Part shown: positions 14,001 through 26,000 of the stretch, piece by piece | Numbering within the stretch: the first letter of the stretch is position 1 | How the letters are laid out: each line of letters opens with the position of its first letter | Assembly (NCBI GenBank): GCA_950097015.1 | Contig: CATNEN010000003.1 | Span: forward strand, 7,254,001 to 7,318,000 | DNA from: Macrostomum hystrix | Lineage: Eukaryota > Animalia > Platyhelminthes | Length of the DNA stretch: 64,000 bases | Direction: 5' to 3' | Translations under genes and position numbers: made by a program | Notes under the pieces: model-generated | Databases searched by the model: none | The model's input: the letters and a program-made list of their open reading frames with translations, nothing else | What the model was told of the DNA's origin: nothing

Positions 14001-17000
14001 TGGCCAGAGATGGAATGAAGGGAAAGGCCAGAGATGGAATGAAGGGAAAGGCCAGAGATGGAATGAAGGGAAAGGCCAGAGATGGAATGAAGGGAATGGC
14101 CAGAGATGGAATGAAGGGAATGGCCAGAGATGGAATGAAGGGAATGGCCAGAGATGGAATGAAGGGAATGACGAGAGATGGAATGAAGGGAATGGCCAGA
14201 GATGGAATGAAGGGAAAGGCCAGAGATGGAATGAAGGGAATGGCCAGAGATGGAATGAAGGGAAAGGCCAGAGATGGAATGAAGGGAAAGGCCAGAGATG
14301 GAATGAAGGGAAAGGCCAGAGATGGAATGAAGGGAAAGGCCAGAGATGGAATGAAGGGAATGGCCAGAGATGGAATGAAGGGAATGGCCAGAGATGGAAT
14401 GAAGGGAATGGCCAGAGATGGAATGAAGGGAAAGGCCAGAGATGGAATGAAGGGAAAGGCCAGAGATGGAATGAAGGGAAAGGCCAGAGATGGAATGAAG
14501 GGAAAGGCCAGAGATGGAATGAAGGGAATGGCCAGAGATGGAATGAAGGGAATGGCCAGAGATGGAATGAAGGGAAAGGCCAGAGATGGAATGAAGGGAA
14601 AGGCCAGAGATGGAATGAAGGGAAAGGCCAGAGATGGAATGAAGGGAATGGCCAGAGATGGAATGAAGGGAATGGCCAGAGATGGAATGAAGGGAAAGGC
14701 CAGAGATGGAATGAAGGGAAAGGCCAGAGATGGAATGAAGGGAAAGGCCAGAGATGGAATGAAGGGAATGGCCAGAGATGGAATGAAGGGAATGGCCAGA
14801 GATGGAATGAAGGGAAAGGCCAGAGATGGAATGAAGGGAATGGCCAGAGATGGAATGAAGGGAAAGGCCAGAGATGGAATGGAGGGAATGACGAGAGATG
14901 GAATGAAGGGAAAGGCCAGAGATGGAATGAAGGGAATGACGAGAGATGGAATGTAGAGCGAAGCAGTGAAAAATATAAATATTAGAACAATGTTGTGCAA
15001 ACGGAAAGCAGAATGAATTTAATTAGCCTAAAGCTGATGGCAGTCAAGTAGGCGAGGGCGTGAAAGAGAATGTCGTTTTTCTTTAACAGACGTAGCACGC
15101 ACATACCGTGTGGCTGGGTAGGTAAAACTGATAATTGTATATTATCGGCGCTGTTCAGAGAATAGACAGGAAATCCAAGATAGAAAAATAGATAGAAATT
15201 GAAAAAATACAATTATTGCACGAGGAAAGAGAATCCAGGATTTGTGAAAAAACAGCTGCCTAGACAAGCCCATGGCAACAGAAGCAGCATCAGGTTTAAG
15301 AGAATCCCGTCTCCAAGGGAAGGAAGCAGAGAACAAGAGGCCGTCTATCTTTTACACTTCAAAGATTCTTTGTGTGCCCTGAATATAGTTAGTCTGCTGC
15401 TCTCTCCCCCAATCTACAGCCGCTCTCTCCCCCAATCTACAGCCGCTCTCTCCCCCAAATCTACAGCCGCTCTCTTCCCCAATCTACAGCCGCTCTCTCC
15501 CCCAAATCTACAGCCGCTCTCTCCCCCAATCTACAGCCGCTCTCTCCCCCAATCTACAGCCGCTCTCTCCCCCAATCTACAGCCGCTCTCTCCCCCAATC
15601 TACAGCCGCTCTCTACCCTAATCTACAGCCGCTCTCTCCCCCAATCTACAGCCGCTCTCTCCCCCAATCTACAGCCGTTCTCTCCCCCAATCTACAGCCG
15701 CTCTCTCCCCCAACCTACAGCCGCTCTCTCCCCCAATCTACAGCCGCTCTCTCCCCCAATCTACAGCCGCTCTCTCCCCCAATCTACAGCCGCTCTCTCC
15801 CCCAAATCTACAGCCGCTCTCTCCCCCAATCTACAGCCGCTCTCTCCCCCAAATCTACAGCCGCTCTCTCCCCCAATCTACAGCCGCTCTCTCCCCCAAT
15901 CTACAGCTGCTCTCTCCCCCAATCTACAGCCGCTCTCTCCCCCAATCTACAGCCGCTCTCTCCCCCAATCTACAGCCGCTCTCTCCCCCAATCTACAGCC
16001 GCTCTCTCCCCCAATCTACAGCCGCTCTCTCCCCCAATCTACAGCCGCTCTCTCCCCCAATCTACAGCCGCTCTCTCCCCCAATCTACAGCCGCTCTCTC
16101 CCCCAATCTACAGCCGCTCTCTCCCCCAATCTACAGCCGCTCTCTCCCCCAATCTACAGCCGCTCTCTCCCCCAATCTACAGCCGCTCTCTCCCCCAATC
16201 TACAGCCGCTCTCTCCCCCAATCTACAGCCGCTCTCTACCCCAATCTACAGCCGCTCTCTACCCCAATCTACAGCCGCTCTCTCCCCCAATCTACAGCTG
16301 CTCTCTCCCCCAAATCTACAGCCGCTCTCTCCCCCAATCTACAGCCGCTCTCTCCCCCAATCTACAGCTGCTCTCTACCCCAAATCTACAGCCGCTCTCT
16401 CTTCCCAATCTACTACCGCTCTCCCCCCTAATCTACTACCGCTCTCTCCCCCTAATCTACTACCGCTCTCTCCCCAATCTATTCCCGAAGAAGAACTGGC
16501 TGCTAATTAGATCACTCCAATATATACTTGACCCTAAGTCTAAGCTTCGCTTTTCTAACCAAGGAAAACATTTCCAAGAATTCGGTGATTTTCCTCCGCC
16601 GGGCGACTCGGGTGACTTATATAATGCACTTTAGTAAAGGACTGTACTGATTTCCGACAAGCGAGCGGCAGGTGCCCACCTCACACCTCACATATAATAT
16701 TTTAAAGTCAATGGCTATATATATGGGGCTGAAATATTCAAACAAGATAGACGTGTTGAAGTGTTTCCTACTTTAGATTTGCACAAGCTAGATTTGAGAC
16801 AGAAATTTGACCCAAATCTCTATACGAGCCTACGAGGGAATAGGAGTTCAAGAGAATATGACAGTGGGATTTATATTCTAATGGGATTCTCTCCTCTAAG
16901 CCACTGATAATCCTACTGAGTTTGATTTTTAGATAGAAGGAAGGAATGCTTTTATACAAACAAGCTGGGAAAAAATTGTCAGAGGTCAGGATTTCGATTC

Positions 17001-20000
17001 TCAGAATAATTAGAATAATTTTGGCTTCGCTGTTTACTGTCTGGTCGAGTTGTCTTCTGGTCGCACCTGTGACAATTGGGCCAGATGTGCAGCCGACAGC
17101 TCAGCCGCAGCTATTGCGCGGCGCATCTGAAGGCTGCGTACGGCTGTTCAGTCCATGGACTGAGGGGGACGCGACACTAACCCTAAATTATCCCGGCTAA
17201 TAGCAGTTAAATTTCTCGCTAAATGACAGAAAATTTTTCAGTCGAGTCGGGAATCGAACCCCTGACCATCCAATCGGGAGGCTACTAGTAGGCTATAATC
17301 CCAAAGTCGCATAAAATCAGGTCAAACTCACATGTGAGCCTTGTGATATTCCATGACCTTCTTTAATAGTTCCTCAGTGTATGGCTGCGGCAGAACTTTT
17401 AGCTGGGTCAAATACAATGTGTCCAGGTATTCCTCTTCTAGAAAGTCGCCAATTTCAGCTGAAATCAAATCGGTTTGAGGAATGAGAATAATTACATTGT
17501 TTAAGCATTCTGCAGAAGGTGCAACGCAAAACCGTGATCCCCATTACCTGTCCTCAAATGACCCCACTGTCTGTTCTCAAATGACCCCACTATAACCTGT
17601 CCTCAAATAACCCCACTACCTGTCCTCAAATGACCCCACTACCTGTCCTCAAATGACCCCACTACCTGTCTTCAAATGACCCCACTATCTGTCCTCAAAT
17701 GACCCCACTACCTGTCTTCAAATGACCCACTATCTGTCCTCAAATGACCCCACTACCTGTTCTCAAATGACCCCACTACCTGTCTTCAAATGACCCACTA
17801 TCTGTCCTCAAATGACCCCACTACCTGTTCTCAAATGACCCCACTACCTGTCTTCAAATGACCCCCTACCTGTCTTCAAATGACTTCACTGTCTGTCTTC
17901 AAATGACCCCACTACCTGTTCTCAAATGACCCCACTATCTGTCCTCAAATGACCCCACTACCTGTCTTCAAATGACCCACTATCTGTCCTCAAATGACCC
18001 CACTACCTGTTCTCAAATGACCCCACTACCTGTCTTCAAATGACCCCCTACCTGTTCTCAAACGACCCCACTACCTGTTCTCAAATGACCCCACTACCTG
18101 TCTTCAAATGACCCCCTACCTGTCTTCAAATGACTTCACTGTCTGTCTTCAAATGACCCCACTATCTGTCCTCAAATGACCCCACTACCTGTCTTCAAAT
18201 GACCCCACTACCTGTCTTCAAATGACCCCACTACCTGTCCTCAAATGACCCCACTACCTGTCCTTAAATGACCCAACTACCTGTTCTCAAATGACCCCAC
18301 TATCTGTCCTCAAATGACCCCACTACCTGTTCTCAAACGACCCCACTATCTAAACAAACAAACAAATGTGGCCTCGCCGCGGAATCGAGCTCAGTAACCT
18401 TGGCACGAGAGGCAAACGCGTTAGACCGCTCTGCCACCGACCCCCGTACGATGACAATCGTATACAATGTCACTCTTTAAGTACTATTCACTAAGCAAAA
18501 GTACAGAAGCACACAATGTTTGAAGACATTCACTGCATTTACTGCCACCAACTAAATTCGTTGGCGGTACGTCGCATTGCACCAATCTGCAGCTAAAAGC
18601 ATTCTACCTATTTCGTCAGCCTCCTTTCTTGTGGTCCAGACTTTGTCCAGGTTAGTAGCGCTTGTACTTTTCAATTTCGTTTCCCTTCTTTTACAAAAAG
18701 TTTAGTTATAGTCGCTACACATTTATTAGCTAGCAGTTAGCCTAGTTATTTTAATGGAAAAACTTGGAGAAAGCAGAATTTCTTTAGCTATACTTTTAGT
18801 GAGGAAGCTGCCTATGCAGGTTTCCTGTTGTCGCTCATTAGAATTTTTCTCCTTAACCGATATAAAAAGAGAACGATAAAAAAATATTTATGTACGACCT
18901 AAGGTACAATATAACGATACCAGACGAAATTGTAAGATAATATTTTCAAGTACACGAAGGTTCTTGCCGAGACAGTTCAATAGGCTCATATAAAAATAAT
19001 ATATATATACTCGTATATATATATATTAGCTAAGCCTCACTAACTACTTAGGCACTATACAGATATAACTATTAACTACCCGCTTTTCAGTTCTCTACTA
19101 CAGGGGTCGGCAAACTCCGGCCCGCGGGCCAGATGCGGCCCTCGAAGCTCCCAAATCCGGCCCGTCGCCCCTTTAACTCCTATAGTCCTGTCTTATCTTT
19201 CCCCTGTCTCATCTCTCTCATCTGGAGATTGAGATTCTCATCTCTCCCGTGTCTCCCGTCTCATCTTTCCTGTCTCTCATCTGGTTTATAGTTTATCCCA
19301 TGTCTTATCTATCCTGTGTCTCATCTCTCCCTGTCTCATCTCTCTACTGTCTCATCTCTCCCCCGTCTCATCTCTCCCCTGTCTCATCTCATCCCTGTCT
19401 CATCTCTCCCCTGTCTCATCTCATCCCTGTCTCATCTCTCCCGTGTCTCCCGTCTCATCTTTCCTGTCTCATCTCTCTCTCATCTGTTTTATAGTTTATC
19501 CCATGTCTTATCTATCCTGTGTCTCATCTCTCCCCTGTCTCATCTCATCCCTGTCTCATCTCTCCCCTGTCTCATCTCATGCCTGTCTCATCTCTCCCCT
19601 GTCTCATCTCATCCCTGTCTCATCTCTCCCCTGTCTCATCTCATCCCTGTCTCATCTCTCCCCTGTCTGATCTCTCTACTGTCTCATCTCTCCCCCGTCT
19701 CATCTCTTCCCTGCCTCAACTCTCCGCTGTCTCATTTCTCCCCTGTCTCATCTCTCCCCTGTCTCATCTCTCCCCTGTCTCATCTCTCCCCTGTCTCATC
19801 TCTCCCCTGTCTCATCTCTCCCCTGTCTCATCTCTGCCCTGTCTCATCTCTCTCATCTGTTTTATAGTTTATCTCATGTCTTATCTATCCTGTGTCTCAT
19901 CTCTCCCTGTCTCATCTCTCTACTGTCTCATCTCTCCCCCGTCTCATCCTTCCCCTGCCTCAACTCTCCGCTGTCTCATTTCTCCCGTGTCTCCCGTCTC

Positions 20001-23000
20001 ATCTTTCCTGTCTCATCTCTCTCTCATCTGTTTTATAGTTTATCCCATGTCTTATCTATCCTGTGTCTCATCTCTCCCCTGTCTCATCTCATCCCTGTCT
20101 CATCTCTCCCCTGTCTCATCTCACGCCTGTCTCATCTCTCCCCTGTCTCATCTCATCCCTGTCTCATCTCTCCCCTGTCTCATCTCATCCCTGTCTCATC
20201 TCTCCCCTGTCTGATCTCTCTACTGTCTCATCTCTCCCCCGTCTCATCTCTTCCCTGCCTCAACTCTCCGCTGTCTCATCTCTCCCCTGTCTCATCTCTC
20301 CCCTGTCTCATCTCTCCCCTGTCTCATCTCTCCCCTGTCTCATCTCTCCCCTGTCTCATCTCTCCCCTGTCTCATCTCTCCCCTGTCTCATCTCTCTCAT
20401 CTGTTTTATAGTTTATCTCATGTCTTATCTATCCTGTGTCTCATCTCTCCCTGTCTCATCTCTCTACTGTCTCATCTCTCCCCCGTCTCATCCTTCCCCT
20501 GCCTCAACTCTCCGCTGTCTCATTTCTCCCCTGTCTCATCTCTCCCCTGTCTCATCTCTCCCCTGTCTTATCTCTCCCCTTTCTCATATTCCTATACAGT
20601 TAATGCGGCCCGCTGTCGTCTTTTAGGTTCTCTCCGTGGCCCGTACGCTAATAAGTTTGCCGACCCCTGCTCTACTAGCACTGGCACTACTACAACAACA
20701 GCTATACTGCTTTCAATAATAATAGTAATATTATTAATGTTTCTTATATTAGTACAAGCGCTATTAAAAGTAGACGACGCGATTTTTCCCCTGGGTATTT
20801 CAAATGCCCACTGCCTACATCACGGTAGCTCCCAAACCGAATGACCTATTTTCGTGAAAGTCCACAATTTAGATCAGAATTTTCCATCCCTTACGATTGG
20901 TTGAATATTTTGGGAGATAAGTAAATTATATGTCATTTAGCAAGACACTAAATTCTGCTGATTGGGGTAATTGAGGGTGGGTGTGGCGTCCCCCCAGTCC
21001 ATGGACTGAACAGCCGCGCGCAGAGTTCAGATGCCCCGAGCAAAAGCGGCGGCTGTGCTGTAGTATATTATGAGCGTATTATTAAAATATTCAATATGAT
21101 ACATAGATATTACACGTAGCCCACTTGGAACACATGTAAAGTCAGTGGCGCCCTTAAGGATTTGTACAACAACAGCTCAATCGTACTAACATTAAAGTTC
21201 TATTTTACTGTTATTAATAATGTTATGGGGAGATTCAGAAAAAAAGAAATGAGAGAAGGGTAGATATCTTATCTCTTCTCATCTTTTCTCTCTCCCCGTC
21301 TCTCATCTCTCCCCTTCTCTCATCTCTCGCCTTCTCTCATCTCTCCCCGTCTCTCATCTTTCCCCTTCTCTCATCTCTCCCCTTCTCTTCTCTCTCCCCT
21401 TCTCTAATCTATCCCCATCTCTCATCTCTCCCCTTCTCTCATCTATCCCCTTCTCTCATCTATCCCCTTCTCTCATCTCTCCGCTTCTCTAATCTATCCC
21501 CTTCTCTCATCTCTCCCCTTCTCTCATCTCTCCCCTTCTCTAATCTATCCCCTTCTCTCATCTGTCCCCTTCTCTAATCTATCCCCTTCTCTCATCTCTC
21601 CCCTTCTCTAATCTATCCCCTTCTCTCATCTATCCCCTTCTCTCATCTCTCCCCTTCTCTCATCTCTCCCCTTCTCTCATCTATCCCCTCCTCTCATCTA
21701 TCCCCTTATCTCATCTATCCCCTTCTCTCATCTATCCCCTTATCTCATCTCTCCCCTTCTCTCATCTCTCCCCTTCTCTAATCTATCCCCTTCTCTCATC
21801 TCTCCCCTCTCTCATCTCTCCCCTTCTCTCATCTCTCCCCTTCTCTCATCTATCCCCTTCTCTCATCTCTCCCCTTCTCTCATCTCTCCCCTTCTCTCAT
21901 CTCTCCCCTTCTCTCATCTATCCCCTTATCTCATCTATCCCCTTCTCTCATCTCTCCCCTTCTCTTGACTAGCTAGAAGAAGTCGAAAGATCCAGTATAA
22001 ATTAAATACTCCCATGCGTAATGTAAGAAGGCAGTTCGGCACAATCGACTGGCGAGTATGTTAGTGAGTTGGGAGTAGAAGAGTGGGGGTGAAGGAACTC
22101 CCCATCCACATCATGCCAATCCCCAAAGCAAGTTGTGGGCTGGTCCTATAGTATAAATGGCGTATATGTTAATTGCACCAAAAGCCTACTTTTCTACTCG
22201 TAGTTTCTTGTTCTTCCACTCTCTCTCACTCTCTCGGTCCAAGCAGACGAGCTCAAACTCTCACCAAACCCACTTCCCTTTTCCCAATTCCTCATTCCCT
22301 CACTTTACCATATATAAGTCTCGTATTGGAAAAGCTTTAAACAGTAAAGGAAAAGTGAACTCGCACGATAATCCTAGCACTCGTTTCAGTCGCATTCCAA
22401 GAATTAGGACCAGCATTTTTGTAACTAACGCGGCACTTTGCACCGCATTTTACTAAACACTTGCTACTGGATTGCTAGAAAAAGTCGATAATTTCGACTG
22501 TATAAATGGAAAATTTTTATTTCTAGTGATTTGTCTAGCTGCAAACATAGCTTTCGTTTTTTTAATTTACAGTCATCCGACTAACTAAGCCGGTTTAAAT
22601 ATCTGGTAGTTGAGTTAAGGGACGCCTTATCTTAACCTCTCACGTCTAAACCATTCTTTCTACCACCTCTCTCCTAGTTTTATCTCTTCCCCCTTATTCC
22701 TTCTCCAATCTCACTCCTTCTCTTACCTCTCCACTTATCTCATCTCTCCCTTCTCTCATCTCTCCCTTCTCTCATCTCTCCCTTCTCTCATCTCTCCCTT
22801 CTCTCATCTCTCCCTTCTCTCATCTCTCCCTTCTCTCATCTCTCCCTTCTCTCATCTCTCCCTTCTCTCATCTCTCCCTTCTCTCATCTCTCCCTTCTCT
22901 CATCTCTCCCTTCTCTCATCTCTCCCTTCTCTCATCTCTCCCTTCTCTCATCTCTCCCTTCTCTCATCTCTCCCTTCTCTCATCTCTCCCTTCTCTCATC

Positions 23001-26000
23001 TCTCCCTTCTCTCATCTCTCCCTTCTCTCATCTCTCCCTTCTCTCATCTCTCCCTTCTCTCATCTCTCCCTTCTCTCATCTCTCCCTTCTCTCATCTCTC
23101 CCTTCTCTCATCTCTCCCTTCTCTCATCTCTCCCTTCTCTCATCTCTCCCTTCTCTCATCTCTCCCTTCTCTCATCTCTCCCTTCTCTCATCTCTCCCTT
23201 CTCTCATCTCTCCCCTTCTCTCATCTCTCCCGTTCTCACACCTATCACCTTATCTCATCTCTCCCCTTATCTCATCTCTCCCCTTATCTCATCTCTCCCC
23301 TTATCTCACCTCTCCCCTTACCTTGTCGCTGCCCTTCTCTCATCTCTCCCTTCTCTCATCTCTCCCTTCTCTCATCTCTCCCCTTCTCTCATCTCTCCCG
23401 TTCTCACACCTATCACCTTATCTCATCTCTCCCCTTATCTCATCTCTCCCCTTATCTCATCTCTCCCCTTATCTCACCTCTCCCCTTACCTTGTCGCTGC
23501 CCTTCTCTCATCTCTCCCCTTATCTCATCTCTCCCCTTATCTCACCTCTCACCTTCTCTCATCTCTCATTCTCTCATCCCTTATCTTACGATAATATATA
23601 AGAATTGCCTACCTTGCACCAGGTAGGACGCCAATAATGCCATGGTGTTTTCAGCGCACGGTAACAAACCGTTGACTAGGTCGCGTTTGATTTGTAAGGC
23701 GAATAGAAATCTACAAATAAAGTAAAATAAACATTAGTATTAATGTCTAATATGTTTATAAAAGGTCATTAAAATGCAAGGAAGCATAAATAATATTCAA
23801 ACCTTGTGTATTCATCCTCTAACAAGTGCGGGTCCGGGGGATAAAATTTGACAGAAAAATAAAAAATCAATTCTATTGATGCCGGACATTGCTTTGGTAG
23901 AGTCTTCTCGTGATCTAGCCAGCACTGGAACATTGTTAGGGAATTTTGTGAGTATTTTTCAAGTGCCAGTCAGGCTTACGATTCCTGGAATCTGTAGATT
24001 AGAAGGAATATTGAGTATAGATAAATAAATAAGGAGCTAAGATAAATAAAGAAAGAGTGGAGAGATAATGGAAGAAGGGGTAGAGAGATAAGGGATGAAG
24101 GGGTAGAGAGATAAGGGATGAAGGGGTAGAGAGATAAGGGATGAAGGGGTAGAGAGATAAGGGATGAAGGGGTAGAGAGATAAGGGATGAAGGGTAGAGA
24201 GATAAGGCAAGAAAGAGTAGAGAGATAAGGGATGAAGGGGTAGAGAGATAAGGGATGAAGGGGTAGAGAGATAAGGGATGAAGGGGTAGAGAGATAAGGG
24301 ATGAAGGGGTAGAGAGATAATGGAAAAAGGGGTAGAGAGATAAGGGATGAAGGGTAGAGAGATAAGGCAAGAAAGAGTAGAGAGATAAGGGATGAAGGGG
24401 TAGAGAGATAAGGCAAGAAAGAGTAGAGAGATAAGGGATGAAGGGGTAGAGAGATAAGGGATGAAGGGGTAGAGAGATAATGGAAAAAGGGGTAGAGAGA
24501 TAAGGGATGAAGGGTAGAGAGATAAGGCAAGAAAGAGTAGAGAGATAAGGGATGAAGGGTAGAGAGATAAGGGATGAAGGGGTAGAGAGATAAGGCAAGA
24601 AAGAGTAGAGAGATAAGGGATGAAGGGGTAGAGAGATAAGGGATGAAGGGGTAGAGAGATAATGGAAAAAGGGGTAGAGAGATAAGGGATGAAGGGTAGA
24701 GAGATAAGGCAAGAAAGAGTAGAGAGATAAGGGATGAAGGGTAGAGAGATAAGGGATGAAGGGGTAGAGAGATAAGGGATGAAGGCGTAGAGAGATAAGG
24801 GATTAAGGGGAAGAGAGATAATGGAAGAAAGGGTAGAGAGATAAGGGATGAATGGGTAGAGAGATAATGGAAGAAGGGGTAGAGAGATAAGGGATGAATG
24901 GGTAGAGAGATAATGGAAGAAGGGGTAGAGAGATAAGGGATGAAGGCGTAGAGAGATAAGGGATGAATGGGTAGAGAGAAAATGGAATAAGGGTAGAGAG
25001 ATAAGGGATGAATGGGTAGAGAGATAATGGAAGAAGGGGTAGAGAGATAAGGGATGAAGGCGTAAAGAGATGAGGGATGAAGGGGTAGAGAGATAATGGA
25101 AGAAAGGGTAGAGAGATAAGGGATGAATTGGTAGAGAGATAATGGAAGAAGGGGTAGAGAGATAAGGGATGAAAGGTAGAGAGATAAGGCAAGAAAGAGT
25201 AGAGAGATAAGATAAGAAAGAATAGAGAGAAGAGAAGAAATAGGTGAGAAGTGATAAGAAATGAAGGACCGGGGGTCACGAGATAGTAATTACATTGGTG
25301 GTTCGACTACAGTTAAAAACAGGAACTAAACAAAGAGATGCGTCTGGAGAATGAAGCTAGTTTAATCTTCTTTGAATATGACTCGCTTTAGCCTAAAGTA
25401 GGTTCTTAAGACAGCACCGCCTGGCCGACTACTGATAAGGTCTACAATGGCCCAAACGGACTTTCTGATCTTAGGAAGGGCTGGGCCAAGCCTGTCTTGG
25501 CATGTAAAACAGCTGGATAATTTATGACCCGCGGTATGCGATACCTATCATACATACCATATTGTTCTGGTATAAAGCAGCACAGTACTACCTTAACCTT
25601 GTATGTTGATGATTTCTAGTATAGCGAATCTAATTTAGTGAATAAGTTAGCTTCTCTTACGTGGCTGCACTTAAGTGAACATACACGTATTTAATTTTAT
25701 TATATTGCTGATTTGAAGCAAACTTGTATACGTACTAGAGAGACAGGTAAAAAGCAAGGAAAGAGAGGCGAGAGAAGGGGAGAGACAAGAAAAGTGGGGA
25801 GACGAGAGACGGGGAGAGATGAAGAGAAGGGGAGAGATGAAGAGAAGGGGAGAAATGAAGAGAAGGGGGAAGATGAAGAGAATGAGAGAGATGAGAGAGG
25901 GCAGAGATGAGAAAAGGGGAGAGATGAGAGAAGAGGAGAGATGAGAGAAGGGGAGAGATGGTGAGAATGGGAGAGATGAGAGATGGGGAGAGATGAGAGA

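Noticed and set aside
13030-14955. Binary variant patterns within arrays (T/A here, C/T at 57576, G/A at 36245) as an information code
   Set aside because: Ordinary minisatellite variant-repeat interspersion from unequal exchange; no evidence of function.
12427-15000. 857-aa and 521-aa repetitive ORFs on both strands (IPFIPSLA / MKGMARDG)
   Set aside because: Products of a 24-bp minisatellite inside FARP intron 5; the unit length is a multiple of 3, there is no unique domain, and stops interrupt the plus frame.
18352-18445. tRNA gene (also 46195 and 62770)
   Set aside because: A and B boxes are present but the acceptor and T stems do not pair; these are SINE heads with multiple dispersed copies.
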